A DNA stretch of 64,000 nt from an uncultured bacterium (GTDB taxonomy: Bacteria; Chlamydiota; Chlamydiia; Chlamydiales; SM23-39), in assembly GCA_964630875.1 (NCBI GenBank), contig CAZVXF010000006.1:2641-66640 (forward strand). Reading direction: 5' to 3'. Both the position numbers and the translations under genes were made by a program. Below are positions 38,861 through 48,103 of the stretch, piece after piece (position 1 is the stretch's first letter; each line of letters starts with the position of its first letter). Below the pieces are notes generated by a model. The model was not told the origin of the DNA. It was given only the letters and a program-made list of their open reading frames with translations, and made no database searches.

Positions 38861-39544
38861 ATGGCAAAAAAAAGCTCATCTCCATGGCTAAGCATTTGGA
38901 TACACCCTCGGAATACAATTCGAAAAGTGGTTGCTGAAAATCCCAATAAAAATTTGTGGCTGCTAGCCATCATTTATGGTTTTTCTTCTATTTTAGGGGC
39001 TTTTCAGTCTTTTTCACTAGGTTCTCAACTCAGTACAGTGGCAATTTTTCTGATCGCTTTAGTTTTTGCGATTTGTTGGGGCTATGTCATTTTTTCTATT
39101 TGGGGATGGGTAATCCTCTGGACAGGAAAACTCTTTAAAGGAGCAGGTGATTTTAAAAGTGTAAGAGCTAGCTTTGCATGGTCAAATGTGCCAATGATTG
39201 TCAGTGATATTATTTGGATCATTACTCTTGCCGTGATGGGTGCGTCACTATTTACTGCGCAGCAAAGTGGAGCGGGTCCTTCCGGCGGCGCAAATCTTGC
39301 GCAAGGTCCTGCCATTTTATTACTTGCGTTTGCACTGATCAAGGTGTTGATGTCAGTGTGGTCTTTAGTGATTTGTATTAGTGCGCTTGCTGAAGTGCAA
39401 CGCTTTTCAGTGCTGAAAGCGATTGGAAACCTAATTTTGTCAGCAATCGTAGTGGGTATCGTGATCGGAGTTTTAGGCTTCGCAATCACCTCTTTTATGG
39501 GGAACCCAGCTCAGAGCGCAGCATCTATATTTTTTAATCATTAA
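38861..39544 (+). CDS. Yip1-like integral membrane protein
   Basis: 227 aa with 5 predicted helices. The N-terminus WLSIWIHPRNTIRKVVAENPNKNLWLLAIIYGF is typical of the Yip1/DUF1282 type. Confidence 0.45.
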   Translation: MAKKSSSPWLSIWIHPRNTIRKVVAENPNKNLWLLAIIYGFSSILGAFQSFSLGSQLSTVAIFLIALVFAICWGYVIFSIWGWVILWTGKLFKGAGDFKSVRASFAWSNVPMIVSDIIWIITLAVMGASLFTAQQSGAGPSGGANLAQGPAILLLAFALIKVLMSVWSLVICISALAEVQRFSVLKAIGNLILSAIVVGIVIGVLGFAITSFMGNPAQSAASIFFNH

Positions 39545-39559
39545 TTGAAAGGAAGTGCC

Positions 39560-40123
39560 ATGAAAAGTCGAACAACGAAAAGAGTCGGAATTTGGATCTT
39601 CGCTTTTACACTGTTCATGGCGCATCTATTTTTGCGACCCGCCCATGCCGATACAGGGACGACTTGGAAACCAATCTATGCAAAAAGCGGCGAGTGCGTG
39701 ATCTCTTTTCCAACGCCTCCGCAAATGTTAAGTCAAACACTTGATCTCCAGGAAGGACAGAAGCTCGTTTACGATGTATATCTTTCCCCTTTTGAATCAA
39801 AAGGGGTTTTCCTTCTTTTGGTCGCAACATATCCCGCGGAGCTCTTAAAAGGTCATGAAATTGCTGGGGTAGAGGGGTTACTCCAAGGAATTCTAAACCA
39901 TAACGCTGACAACGCGCTTGTCTTCGCAAATCAAATCGAAATAAATGGAAATCCAGCCATGACTTTCTTAGTACAAAATGGGCAGAGCTATTTTAGAGGA
40001 CAAGCTTTAATGGTTGGGAATAAACTTTTCTTGCTTGCAATGGAAGGAAAGAAAGAGTTTTTGGAAGAAAAAGTCTTCCTCCAATTTGTTAAATCTTTTC
40101 AGCTTACAATGAAAAATTCTTAA
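39560..40123 (+). CDS. secreted hypothetical protein
   Basis: The signal peptide reads MKSRTTKRVGIWIFAFTLFMAHLFLRPAHA. An aaggaag RBS is present. Confidence 0.5.
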   Translation: MKSRTTKRVGIWIFAFTLFMAHLFLRPAHADTGTTWKPIYAKSGECVISFPTPPQMLSQTLDLQEGQKLVYDVYLSPFESKGVFLLLVATYPAELLKGHEIAGVEGLLQGILNHNADNALVFANQIEINGNPAMTFLVQNGQSYFRGQALMVGNKLFLLAMEGKKEFLEEKVFLQFVKSFQLTMKNS

Positions 40124-40368
40124 ATTTGAAAAGACTCTGTTTTGGGTTTTTGATTCTCATCTGTCTGTAAGTCGTTGTTCCGTCCCTTAATGAGTTTTTC
40201 GATTGTTTTTTCGGCTTGATTAAGGGAATGCGTACAGCTACGCATGAGCAGTTCGGCTTCTTCAAAAAGTTTCAAAGACTCATCAAGCGGCGTTTTTCCA
40301 CTATTCATGAGTTCCAAGATTTTTTCTAAGCGTTCAAATGCTTTTTCATAAGAGAGATTTTGTGTCAT
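40120..40368 (-). CDS. xseB: exodeoxyribonuclease VII small subunit
   Basis: MTQNLSYEKAFERLEKILELMNSGKTPLDESLKLFEEAELLMRSC.... It overlaps the 3' end of xseA. Confidence 0.8.
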   Translation of the reverse strand: MTQNLSYEKAFERLEKILELMNSGKTPLDESLKLFEEAELLMRSCTHSLNQAEKTIEKLIKGRNNDLQTDENQKPKTESFQI

Positions 40369-41692
40369 ATGTATCCACTTTGTTTGTCTTTGCAGTGATT
40401 CGGCCATCATGCAAAAGAGCTGTAAAGGTTTCTGATTCACGAATGGCATTGGCCGATTGAATAATGGATCCATTCGCAGTTTGAAGGATTGAATAACCTT
40501 TTTTCAAAAGGCTATTGGGATTGATTGAACGTAAATGTTCAGTGAGTTGATACAGTCGCTCCTTTTTGGTTGCGAGCAGCGTTGTTATTGCAGATAGATA
40601 ACGGGTCGAGTATGGCTTTAGCTGTTCTCGTAAGAGATTCATTTGCGACGATGGTTTGAGCAGTTCAAGTCTTTGTGAAAGAGCGCGCGTTTTAAGCGCA
40701 TTTTGCGTCAGTGTCCGCTGCATAGCGGCATCTAGATCGCTACGGAGATCATCGAGGGATTGGATCTGCTGCGAGAGAAGGGAATAAGGCGAATTAAAAA
40801 GCGGATGTCTTTTCAAAGCTTCAAGATATTGGCGCGATTGTTTGATTTGTCCAATGACTTTTTGCGTTAGAAAATTTTGAGTCGTCTTTAGAAATTGGAA
40901 GATATTTGCTTTTTCTTGAGAAACAAGTTCTGCTGCGGCAGAGGGAGTTGGTGCGCGTACGTCTGCTACGAAATCGGCAATTGTAAAATCGGTTTCATGG
41001 CCAACTGCAGAAACAATCGGAATGCGGGACTCGTAGATTGCTTTTGCAACGATCTCTTCATTAAAAGCCCAAAGATCCTCAATGCTTCCACCGCCACGGC
41101 CAACGATCAATACATCGACAAGATTGTAGGTATTGAAATCTTGAATGGCACGTGCGATTTCCTCTGCAGCGCCAGGACCTTGAACTTTGACTGGATTGAG
41201 AACTACATGAAAGCCTGATAATCTTCGCGTAAGAATATTCAGGATATCTTGGATGACAGCGCCTGTTGGGCTTGTGATAATTCCGATTTTTTTTGGGAAT
41301 TTGGGAAGAGGTTTTTTCTTTGCTGTATCGAACCATCCTCGAAGAAGAAGCTCTTCTTTGAACTTTTGCAATTTCAAAAGAAGTTCACCCGCCCCTTGGA
41401 ATTGAAGCTCTCGGATCACCATCTGGTATTGACCCCGAGGCATATAAAGGCTCAGCTCTCCCTTCGCAATGACTTGATCCCCATCCTTTGGGATGCGACT
41501 TAAAGTGGCTGCGCTGTTTTTAAAGAGTACAGCAGAAATTTGTGCGCCTGCGTCTTTTAAACTAAAATACAGATGCCCAGATGTTTGAAGTTTAAAATTG
41601 CTAATTTCACCCTGTAAAGAAATTTGGCGAAAATTGGGTTCAAGCAAGGATTTGATGGCAAAAGTCAATTCAGAGACAGAAAAAATTTTCAT
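40346..41692 (-). CDS. xseA: exodeoxyribonuclease VII large subunit
   Basis: MKIFSVSELTFAIKSLLEPNFRQISLQGEISNFKLQTSGHLYFSLKD... (OB fold) ... GIITSPTGAVIQDI ... GRGGGSIEDLWAFN. Confidence 0.9.
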   Translation of the reverse strand: MKIFSVSELTFAIKSLLEPNFRQISLQGEISNFKLQTSGHLYFSLKDAGAQISAVLFKNSAATLSRIPKDGDQVIAKGELSLYMPRGQYQMVIRELQFQGAGELLLKLQKFKEELLLRGWFDTAKKKPLPKFPKKIGIITSPTGAVIQDILNILTRRLSGFHVVLNPVKVQGPGAAEEIARAIQDFNTYNLVDVLIVGRGGGSIEDLWAFNEEIVAKAIYESRIPIVSAVGHETDFTIADFVADVRAPTPSAAAELVSQEKANIFQFLKTTQNFLTQKVIGQIKQSRQYLEALKRHPLFNSPYSLLSQQIQSLDDLRSDLDAAMQRTLTQNALKTRALSQRLELLKPSSQMNLLREQLKPYSTRYLSAITTLLATKKERLYQLTEHLRSINPNSLLKKGYSILQTANGSIIQSANAIRESETFTALLHDGRITAKTNKVDTYDTKSLL

Positions 41693-41753
41693 GCGATTAT
41701 TTTGTATCAAAAAGCATTTGAATTGCAATCATCCATTCTGTATTCTTATCAGA

Positions 41754-42509
41754 ATGCGGAAGGTTTACGTCATTGCCAACTGGAAGATGTATAAAACGGC
41801 TCGGGAAGCAACAGATTATATTGAGCATCTGTTGCCTTTACTTGTTGATCCGATCGAAAATATTTACCTGAGCGTTCCTTACACCGCGATTGCCGCTGCC
41901 AGCTCTTTTGCAAAACAGACAAAAATTGTGATCGGAGCGCAAAATATGAATGATGCTAAAGAGGGCGCCCTTACTGGAGAAATTGCCAGTCTCATGCTCA
42001 AGGAGGCAGGGGCTCATTTTGTCATTCTCGGTCATTCCGAAAGACGGTCGCTGTTTAATGAAACCAATGAATTTATCCATAAAAAAGTGATTCGGGCTTT
42101 GCAAGATGATATCCAGCCCATTCTTTGTGTCGGAGAATCCTTGGAAGAAAGAAATTCAGGGGCCATGGAAAAGGTACTCAAAGAACAAATCTCAATTGCC
42201 TTGGCAGGCGTACCCAAATCAAGTGTTGAAAAGCTTATTTTAGCTTATGAACCGGTTTGGGCGATTGGAACTGGGAAAACCGCGAGCTTCGACATGATTG
42301 AGGAAGCGCATGCGTTTTGCCGTCAAGTACTTGCAGAGCTTTTCGGGCATAAAGCGGCAAATGCCGTTTCGGTTGTTTATGGCGGCTCTGTGAAAGTTGA
42401 TAATGTAGCAAAGATTATGAAAGAAAAGAATGTGGACGGTGTATTAGTTGGAGGAGCGTCACTAGATGCCCAAGAATTTGCTAAAATCGTTCATCAATGT
42501 AAAAAATAG
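41754..42509 (+). CDS. tpiA: triosephosphate isomerase
   Basis: It contains VIANWKM ... ILGHSERR ... AYEPVWAIGTGKTAS ... YGGSV. Confidence 0.95.
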   Translation: MRKVYVIANWKMYKTAREATDYIEHLLPLLVDPIENIYLSVPYTAIAAASSFAKQTKIVIGAQNMNDAKEGALTGEIASLMLKEAGAHFVILGHSERRSLFNETNEFIHKKVIRALQDDIQPILCVGESLEERNSGAMEKVLKEQISIALAGVPKSSVEKLILAYEPVWAIGTGKTASFDMIEEAHAFCRQVLAELFGHKAANAVSVVYGGSVKVDNVAKIMKEKNVDGVLVGGASLDAQEFAKIVHQCKK

Positions 42510-42517
42510 GATTTCAA

Positions 42518-42802
42518 ATGACGGTATTATTTTATATTTTTTTATTTTTGTTTATGTTGCTTTGCTTAATTCTATGTTTTTCGATCTTGATTCAAGAAGC
42601 GAAAAGCTTAGGTTTAGGAGCCTCTTTTGGTGGAGATAGCGGAGATTCTTTGTTCGGTACTTCCACTGCTGAAGTCTTAAAAAAATTTACAAGCTATGTC
42701 GCTATTTTCTTTTTAGTCACTTGTTTTGTATTGTCCTTTTGGACAGCCTCTTTGGGAAGACGAACAATGGCAGCCCCTTTACAAATTGAAGCGCAACAAT
42801 AA
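42518..42802 (+). CDS. secG: preprotein translocase subunit SecG
   Basis: 94 aa with two TM helices flanking ...LIQEAKSLGLGASFGGDSGDSLFG.... It follows tpiA. Confidence 0.8.
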   Translation: MTVLFYIFLFLFMLLCLILCFSILIQEAKSLGLGASFGGDSGDSLFGTSTAEVLKKFTSYVAIFFLVTCFVLSFWTASLGRRTMAAPLQIEAQQ

Positions 42803-42986
42803 AATTTGTTTGAAATATATTCAGGAATGGTTATTTTGATTTTGTGAACCTGTTTATCTGGAATGGCATACATCCCGGGAAAACGAGGAAAGTTTGAGGC
42901 TGGTTCACTGTGATTCTCAAATAAGGGAGACAAATAAATTGTCTGAATATCATCAAGATAGACAAGAGAGCCAAGGGAGCGAAGAT

Positions 42987-43271
42987 ATGACCACGGTCAC
43001 AAAGAAGAGATTGATCCATACAATTTCTCAAGCACGAGGACTGCATCCGAACGACGTACGCAATGTGATTCAGGCTTTTTTAGATGCGATGACTGATTCT
43101 TTATCTCAGGGGGATCGTTTGGAATTTCGTGATTTTGGAGTTTTCGAAATTGTGGAAAGAAAACAGAAGATTGGACGAAACCCTAAAAACGCCGCAGTCC
43201 CGATTGTGATTCCTGCTCGCAAAGCTGTGAAGTTCACTCCTGGAAAGAAAATGAAGAAATTGATTTCCTAA
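42987..43271 (+). CDS. HU/IHF-family DNA-binding protein
   Basis: ...LEFRDFGVFEIVERKQKIGRNPKNAAVPIVIPARKAVKFTPGKKMK (beta-arm with the RNP motif). Confidence 0.85.
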   Translation: MTTVTKKRLIHTISQARGLHPNDVRNVIQAFLDAMTDSLSQGDRLEFRDFGVFEIVERKQKIGRNPKNAAVPIVIPARKAVKFTPGKKMKKLIS

Positions 43272-43273
43272 AA

Positions 43274-44089
43274 ATGTTTGAGTCTACTCTCTCTTTAGGG
43301 AAATTATGCCAGCTAGCCCTCTCTCAAGGCAAAGATGGGGAGCCTTTGGCTGCCCAAATTCTTCCCCTAGTCCATTTCCCGAGTCTCTGGTCTCGGGAAA
43401 ATGAATATAATCGATCCGAATCACAATCTTCGATTAATTTGCTTTTGCGCGCTTTCGGAAAGGCGCCCTTTTATCACGATCCAACGCCTTCGCACTTACG
43501 TTTTCTCGAGCAAAGTCTGCCAACATTTAAGGAAAGTTCAAGCGAAACAACAAAAGCTTTTATTTCTAATTTTAGCGAAAAAATCAGATGTGCTTTTGTC
43601 AAGCATGGGGAGTATGTGGCTCTTGGCGCGATGAATTGCAGTTCGATTGAAATTCCTGCATTTGGTACACAATTGCATCCATTAAACGATCCTCAAATGT
43701 TTGGAGTCCATCGCACGGATGCAAAATGGTCAGCTGTCTCTGTACAAAAAGAGATTTGGTTTGAATATCAAAATGAGGAATCTGGCTTTTCAACACGATT
43801 TGTTGGGATCACCACGGATGTCCCTGTATTTTTTGTATTTTATGTGAAAGCGGAGCTTGCGTTTATCGGAAATGATATCTTTCCTCCCAAAAGTCTTCAA
43901 AGATATCATCACCACTCTCAGAAAGTCACTTTTCAGTCTCATGGAGATCGGCTGACAATCGAAAATTTATGCCCTTCTAAGATGCAGCTGATTCCGCTCG
44001 CAGGATCTGGATGTTTTTGGGATAGCGATTTTTTAATCGCTTATGAAGTGCCGGTCCACGACCCTAGAACTTGTTTCCGATTTTCTTAA
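43274..44089 (+). CDS. hypothetical protein
   Basis: 271-aa ORF tightly following the HU/IHF gene. No motif recognised. Confidence 0.5.
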   Translation: MFESTLSLGKLCQLALSQGKDGEPLAAQILPLVHFPSLWSRENEYNRSESQSSINLLLRAFGKAPFYHDPTPSHLRFLEQSLPTFKESSSETTKAFISNFSEKIRCAFVKHGEYVALGAMNCSSIEIPAFGTQLHPLNDPQMFGVHRTDAKWSAVSVQKEIWFEYQNEESGFSTRFVGITTDVPVFFVFYVKAELAFIGNDIFPPKSLQRYHHHSQKVTFQSHGDRLTIENLCPSKMQLIPLAGSGCFWDSDFLIAYEVPVHDPRTCFRFS

Positions 44090-44768
44090 ACGCAGGCGAG
44101 ACAAGATTTTGTCCGCTATCCACAACATGGATACGTCCTGTCACATGTGTTGTTTCAATATCGATCCAGCACGGAAAGGGGATTTTGTGTGCTTGATCAA
44201 AATAAAGAGTGATAGATCTTCCCTCGATCTCAGACCCATCATTTGGCCAAATCGCAGTATAGGCGTCGCAAACAGTTCCATGGTTTGTTTTTTTCTCGAA
44301 GACAAACTTGGGGTTCCAGATTTTTCGAAAATCAGGTTCGCCATCTAGCGGGGGTGGGCCAATCCGACGCCTGTCTTCATTTTGAATCGGAACCAACGAC
44401 AGTTGTAAAAGAGTCGCGAGTATGCTCTCGTTTTTAGAAATTTTTACATGCATATTCTTTGATACAGAATAGCAATCTAAGACTTGGCCGTTTTTTGAAT
44501 CGATTTCTAGAATGGACCAAGAAGTATGACCTGGAGCTTTGTTCTTTACCCAGCTTGCCCAAGAATCTGTCACAAAAGAATTTGGACCTGAAATTTCCTC
44601 GATGATCAGTTGATTCTCATCGATCGAGCGTAGATGGACGACTGTGAATAGCTTCCCCGCTTGTGTGACAATGTAGTCTCCACTTTTCCCATTCAAGAGG
44701 AAAGTCTGCAAAGTAGGGTTCGCAAAGGATGAGCAAAGGAAAAGAAGTAAAAAAATGAATATTTTCAT
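44064..44768 (-). CDS. secreted hypothetical protein
   Basis: The signal peptide reads MKIFIFLLLFLCSSFA. The protein is 234 aa. Confidence 0.5.
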   Translation of the reverse strand: MKIFIFLLLFLCSSFANPTLQTFLLNGKSGDYIVTQAGKLFTVVHLRSIDENQLIIEEISGPNSFVTDSWASWVKNKAPGHTSWSILEIDSKNGQVLDCYSVSKNMHVKISKNESILATLLQLSLVPIQNEDRRRIGPPPLDGEPDFRKIWNPKFVFEKKTNHGTVCDAYTAIWPNDGSEIEGRSITLYFDQAHKIPFPCWIDIETTHVTGRIHVVDSGQNLVSPAFKKIGNKF

Positions 44769-44837
44769 AGAGATACTATGAAGGAGAGCGAGGTTTTTTT
44801 ACTAGCACATGTTCAATGCCTGTGATATGTGGGGTTT

Positions 44838-45146
44838 ATGCTCAAAAAAGTCTTTTTTCCTCTTATTATCATGATTTTATTCTGTTCTGCCTTGACGGTG
44901 CAGAATGAAACTCGGGTTCGATCGATTGATCAGCAGATTCAAGAATTGCAAGAAAAGAAATGGGGTTTTGTGGCGAAAGCAATGCGGCATGAGGATCAGG
45001 CGGATTGTTTGCAGTTCAATGACGAAACATACTTAGAAACAAGACGCTATATGCAGCTTGCTGAGGAAAATCGAGTCAAGGCAAATGCTGTCCAGCAAGA
45101 GATTGACCGCCTTCAGGCGGAAAAAGAGAAAATCCTAAAAAAATAA
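44838..45146 (+). CDS. hypothetical membrane-anchored coiled-coil protein
   Basis: The N-terminal helix is MLKKVFFPLIIMILFCSA, followed by a Q/E-rich coiled coil. Confidence 0.45.
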   Translation: MLKKVFFPLIIMILFCSALTVQNETRVRSIDQQIQELQEKKWGFVAKAMRHEDQADCLQFNDETYLETRRYMQLAEENRVKANAVQQEIDRLQAEKEKILKK

Positions 45147-45148
45147 TG

Positions 45149-45314
45149 GAGGAAATTGCAAAACTCCATTTGGCTCCAAATTTGCCCTTTTTCCATTGGA
45201 TTCAATTTTTTGCAAATTGCAGAAGAGCCCAATAGGTTATGTCAATTTGCACAAATTGAACCAATGAAAAAAATCATCAAATTTTGCGCACAAAGCGAGT
45301 TTTGCAATTCCCTC
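45149..45314 (+). mobile_element. MITE-like element, copy 2 (166 bp)
   Basis: GAGGAAATTGCAAAAC...GTTTTGCAATTCCCTC. By eye it differs from copy 1 at only a handful of positions. It fills the whole gap between two convergent genes. Confidence 0.75.
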
Positions 45315-46261
45315 TATGCAGTTTTTCGGGTCATATAGCCTTGGCGAAGCTCAGCGCTATAAATCAGCCAGAGGCCAAGGGATACGATTCCAGTTGAAAA
45401 GAAAATGACTAGCGATGGTTGCTCATTTAGGAAATACCAACTATTTAACGAAGCGAAAATAGGGCTGAAAAGTCCCATGAAAGAAAGAAACGTAGCTGTA
45501 AATTTTTTGAGAAGATATCCGTAGAGATTATAGCAAAGAACGTTAGAAATGATCGCCATAATCAGGACGCCTTGAACAAACGGGCCTAAACTTTGCGTCG
45601 CTACTGGCAATGGTGACCAGCTATCAATCATAAATGAATGGGTTAAAGCCAAGAATCCGCCAATCAGCATACTTACCCCGTTTGCCATCATAGGAGAAAT
45701 GGGGGTCGCATCTTTCTGTTCCTTTGAAGGGCTAATAATCATCCTCAGGATGATCCATCCATAAGCCGTACATGCGGAGGCTCCAACCATAGCAAGCTCT
45801 GGCCAAGAGACGAAAGGGACATGAGTCAATAACTCATCAGCGCCTTTCTGAGTGAGCAAAAGTGGGATAAATCCAACAAAACCCACACACATTCCGAGCC
45901 ATTTCCGCCCGTTCATTCTTTCTCCGAAATGAAGATAGGAAAAGAGGGCTGCAAAGAATGGAGATAGGCTATAGATAAAGCATGTTTTAGCTGCCGTTAG
46001 GGACTGTAGACCCCAGAATTCAAACGCGTTTGTCAAATAAATACTAAACACCGAAAGAAGGCCAAGCAACGCCCATTGCTTGCGACTAAATTGAAAGGAG
46101 GAGCGATTGCGGATCACAATATAGGCAAGCAGTATAGCAGCTCCCATGAGCATGCGAAATCCTGTGAGAAAGATCGGAGGGGAAAGTTCGAGAGCCATTT
46201 TCCCTAAAGAAAATACACTCGACCAAGCCGCATACATAAAAAGGACAAGAAAAAAATTCAT
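45314..46261 (-). CDS. EamA/DMT-family transporter
   Basis: 315 aa with about 10 TM helices and the duplicated EamA architecture (...FRMLMGAAILL..., ...GLFSPIFASL...). Confidence 0.7.
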   Translation of the reverse strand: MNFFLVLFMYAAWSSVFSLGKMALELSPPIFLTGFRMLMGAAILLAYIVIRNRSSFQFSRKQWALLGLLSVFSIYLTNAFEFWGLQSLTAAKTCFIYSLSPFFAALFSYLHFGERMNGRKWLGMCVGFVGFIPLLLTQKGADELLTHVPFVSWPELAMVGASACTAYGWIILRMIISPSKEQKDATPISPMMANGVSMLIGGFLALTHSFMIDSWSPLPVATQSLGPFVQGVLIMAIISNVLCYNLYGYLLKKFTATFLSFMGLFSPIFASLNSWYFLNEQPSLVIFFSTGIVSLGLWLIYSAELRQGYMTRKTA

Positions 46262-46332
46262 TATATCCTTGTTTTTCCATCAAAATAGTACCAGTAGAAG
46301 ATTATATATGCAAGCTCTATACTAGACGTTCC

Positions 46333-46992
46333 ATGACTAATGAAATTCTTTTTTTTATCCATATTTTCGTCTGCGTAGGGCTTGTGTTTTTAGCCTCTCG
46401 AATTGGGAAAAAGGCTCTTGTCACACTCATTGTGTTACAGGCAGTTTTTGCCAATCTTTTTGTTGTGAAACAAATGTCTCTTTTTGGTTTTTCAGTGACA
46501 TGTAGCGATGTGTTTGCAATCGGCGGAATTTTGGGCTTAAACCTTTTCCAAGAAAAATATGGAAAAGAGGAGGCAAACCGGGTCATCAAAGCATCATTTC
46601 TAGGTCTTGTGTTTTTCATGATCATGTCCAAGATTCATCTTTTGTATACTCCTCTTGCTGCAGATACGACGCACGAAGCCTTTGTTCAAATTTTATCTCA
46701 TACGAGCCGAATCACAATTGCGTCCATTGGCGTATACTGGATCGTTCAAAAAATTGATGTTCGTTTGTTTGCCTTTTTAAAAACTCTTTTTACTTCTTTT
46801 CCGCTCAGAGTCGGAATTTCTCTTGTTTTGACACAATTCCTAGACACTGTTCTTTTCAGTATTATTGGTCTCTACGGCGTCGTAGATTCGCTGTTTGATG
46901 TCATTGTTTTAAGTTTCTTCGTGAAATGCATTATTATTTTCTGCTGCACGCTTGTCAGCCATTTTGCAAAGAGGAAATATGTTCCGGTTTGA
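46333..46992 (+). CDS. yhhQ: queuosine-precursor transporter (YhhQ/DUF165 family)
   Basis: Polytopic 219-aa protein with ...VVKQMSLFGFSVTCSDVFAIGGILGLNLFQEKYGKEEA.... It overlaps the tgt start. Confidence 0.7.
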   Translation: MTNEILFFIHIFVCVGLVFLASRIGKKALVTLIVLQAVFANLFVVKQMSLFGFSVTCSDVFAIGGILGLNLFQEKYGKEEANRVIKASFLGLVFFMIMSKIHLLYTPLAADTTHEAFVQILSHTSRITIASIGVYWIVQKIDVRLFAFLKTLFTSFPLRVGISLVLTQFLDTVLFSIIGLYGVVDSLFDVIVLSFFVKCIIIFCCTLVSHFAKRKYVPV

Positions 46993-48103
46993 AATTCTCC
47001 ATCGTTCAAAAAAATCGCGTGCAAGAGTGGGTAAAATTCATACGCCACATGGTGTGATTGATACACCAAATTTTGTCGCTGTCGGTACAAATGGTACGCT
47101 CAAAGCGCTCGATAACAAGATGGTGGATTCGATCGGTTTGCAGCTTATGTTTTGCAATACCTATCACTTGCTATTGCAGCCAGGAGTTGACGTGGTTCAA
47201 AAAGCAGGTGGCCTCCACAAATTTATCAATCGCACGATGCCGATCATTACCGATTCGGGTGGTTTTCAGGTCTTTTCGCTAGCCTACGGGTCTGTTGCGA
47301 GCGAGTTAAAAAGCTGTGGCGCAAAAAAACATGATGGGCATGTTTTAAAAATTAGTGAGGAGGGGGTTCTTTTTCGATCTTATCGAGACGGTCGACCAAT
47401 CCTTCTCACACCAGAATCTTCGATTCAGGCGCAAAAAGCTTTAGGCGCTGACATCATTATTCCTTTTGATGAGCTACCTCCGTATCATATTGGTCCTGAA
47501 AAGCTGAAAAACTCATTTGAGCGCACACACCGATGGGAAAAAAGATCGCTTGATGAGCACTTAAAAAATCCGCAAAACCAGGCAATGTATGCTGTGATTC
47601 ACGGAGGAGTTGATCCAAACTTACGTGAGGAGAGCGCGAAACGCTTATCAGCGCTTGCCTTTGATGGTTATGCAATTGGTGGGTCACTTGGAAAAACAAA
47701 GCCTGAAATGGTTGAAATGCTGACAACACTCATGCCGCATCTTCCTGATGAGCGTCCAAATCATCTTTTAGGGATTGGCGATCTAGAATCTCTTCAACAA
47801 TGCATTCCTCTTGGTATCGACACGTTTGATAGCTCATATCCAACACGTGCTGCGCGTCACGGCCTTCTTTTAACGAAAAAGGGGGGGCTTAAAGTTGTGC
47901 GTGGCGAGATGGCGAATCATTTCTGTCCTATAGAAGAAGACTGCACCTGTTGGACATGCCAGAATTTTACCGTGGCATACATTCACCATCTTTTTAAAGC
48001 AAATGAACTGACTGCCTATACATTAGCAACAGTCCATAATCTTCATTTTATGGTTGAACTCATGAATCGATATCGCACGCAGATCCTGAGTGAGAATTTA
48101 TAG
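46979..48103 (+). CDS. tgt: tRNA-guanine transglycosylase
   Basis: It contains MFRFEILH...ARVGKIHTPHGVIDTPNFVAVGT, ITDSGGFQVFSLA, GGSLG and the Zn site C.C..C...H. Confidence 0.95.
   Translation: MFRFEILHRSKKSRARVGKIHTPHGVIDTPNFVAVGTNGTLKALDNKMVDSIGLQLMFCNTYHLLLQPGVDVVQKAGGLHKFINRTMPIITDSGGFQVFSLAYGSVASELKSCGAKKHDGHVLKISEEGVLFRSYRDGRPILLTPESSIQAQKALGADIIIPFDELPPYHIGPEKLKNSFERTHRWEKRSLDEHLKNPQNQAMYAVIHGGVDPNLREESAKRLSALAFDGYAIGGSLGKTKPEMVEMLTTLMPHLPDERPNHLLGIGDLESLQQCIPLGIDTFDSSYPTRAARHGLLLTKKGGLKVVRGEMANHFCPIEEDCTCWTCQNFTVAYIHHLFKANELTAYTLATVHNLHFMVELMNRYRTQILSENL

Noticed and set aside
41598-41753. N-terminal extensions of tpiA (from 41598), HU/IHF (from 42894), xseB (to 40473), ffh (from 13740), rpmE (from 11494) and HPr (from 25577)
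   Set aside because: Family homology and RBS-like sequences begin at internal ATGs. The extensions overlap neighbouring genes or intergenic promoters.
45171-45185. A sigma-54-like -24/-12 element, TGGCTC-N5-TTTGC, inside MITE copy 2
   Set aside because: The spacing fits, but the -24 box is imperfect. The other copy has TTGG instead of TTGC. No gene lies downstream in that orientation, because the next gene is convergent. It is probably a chance match.
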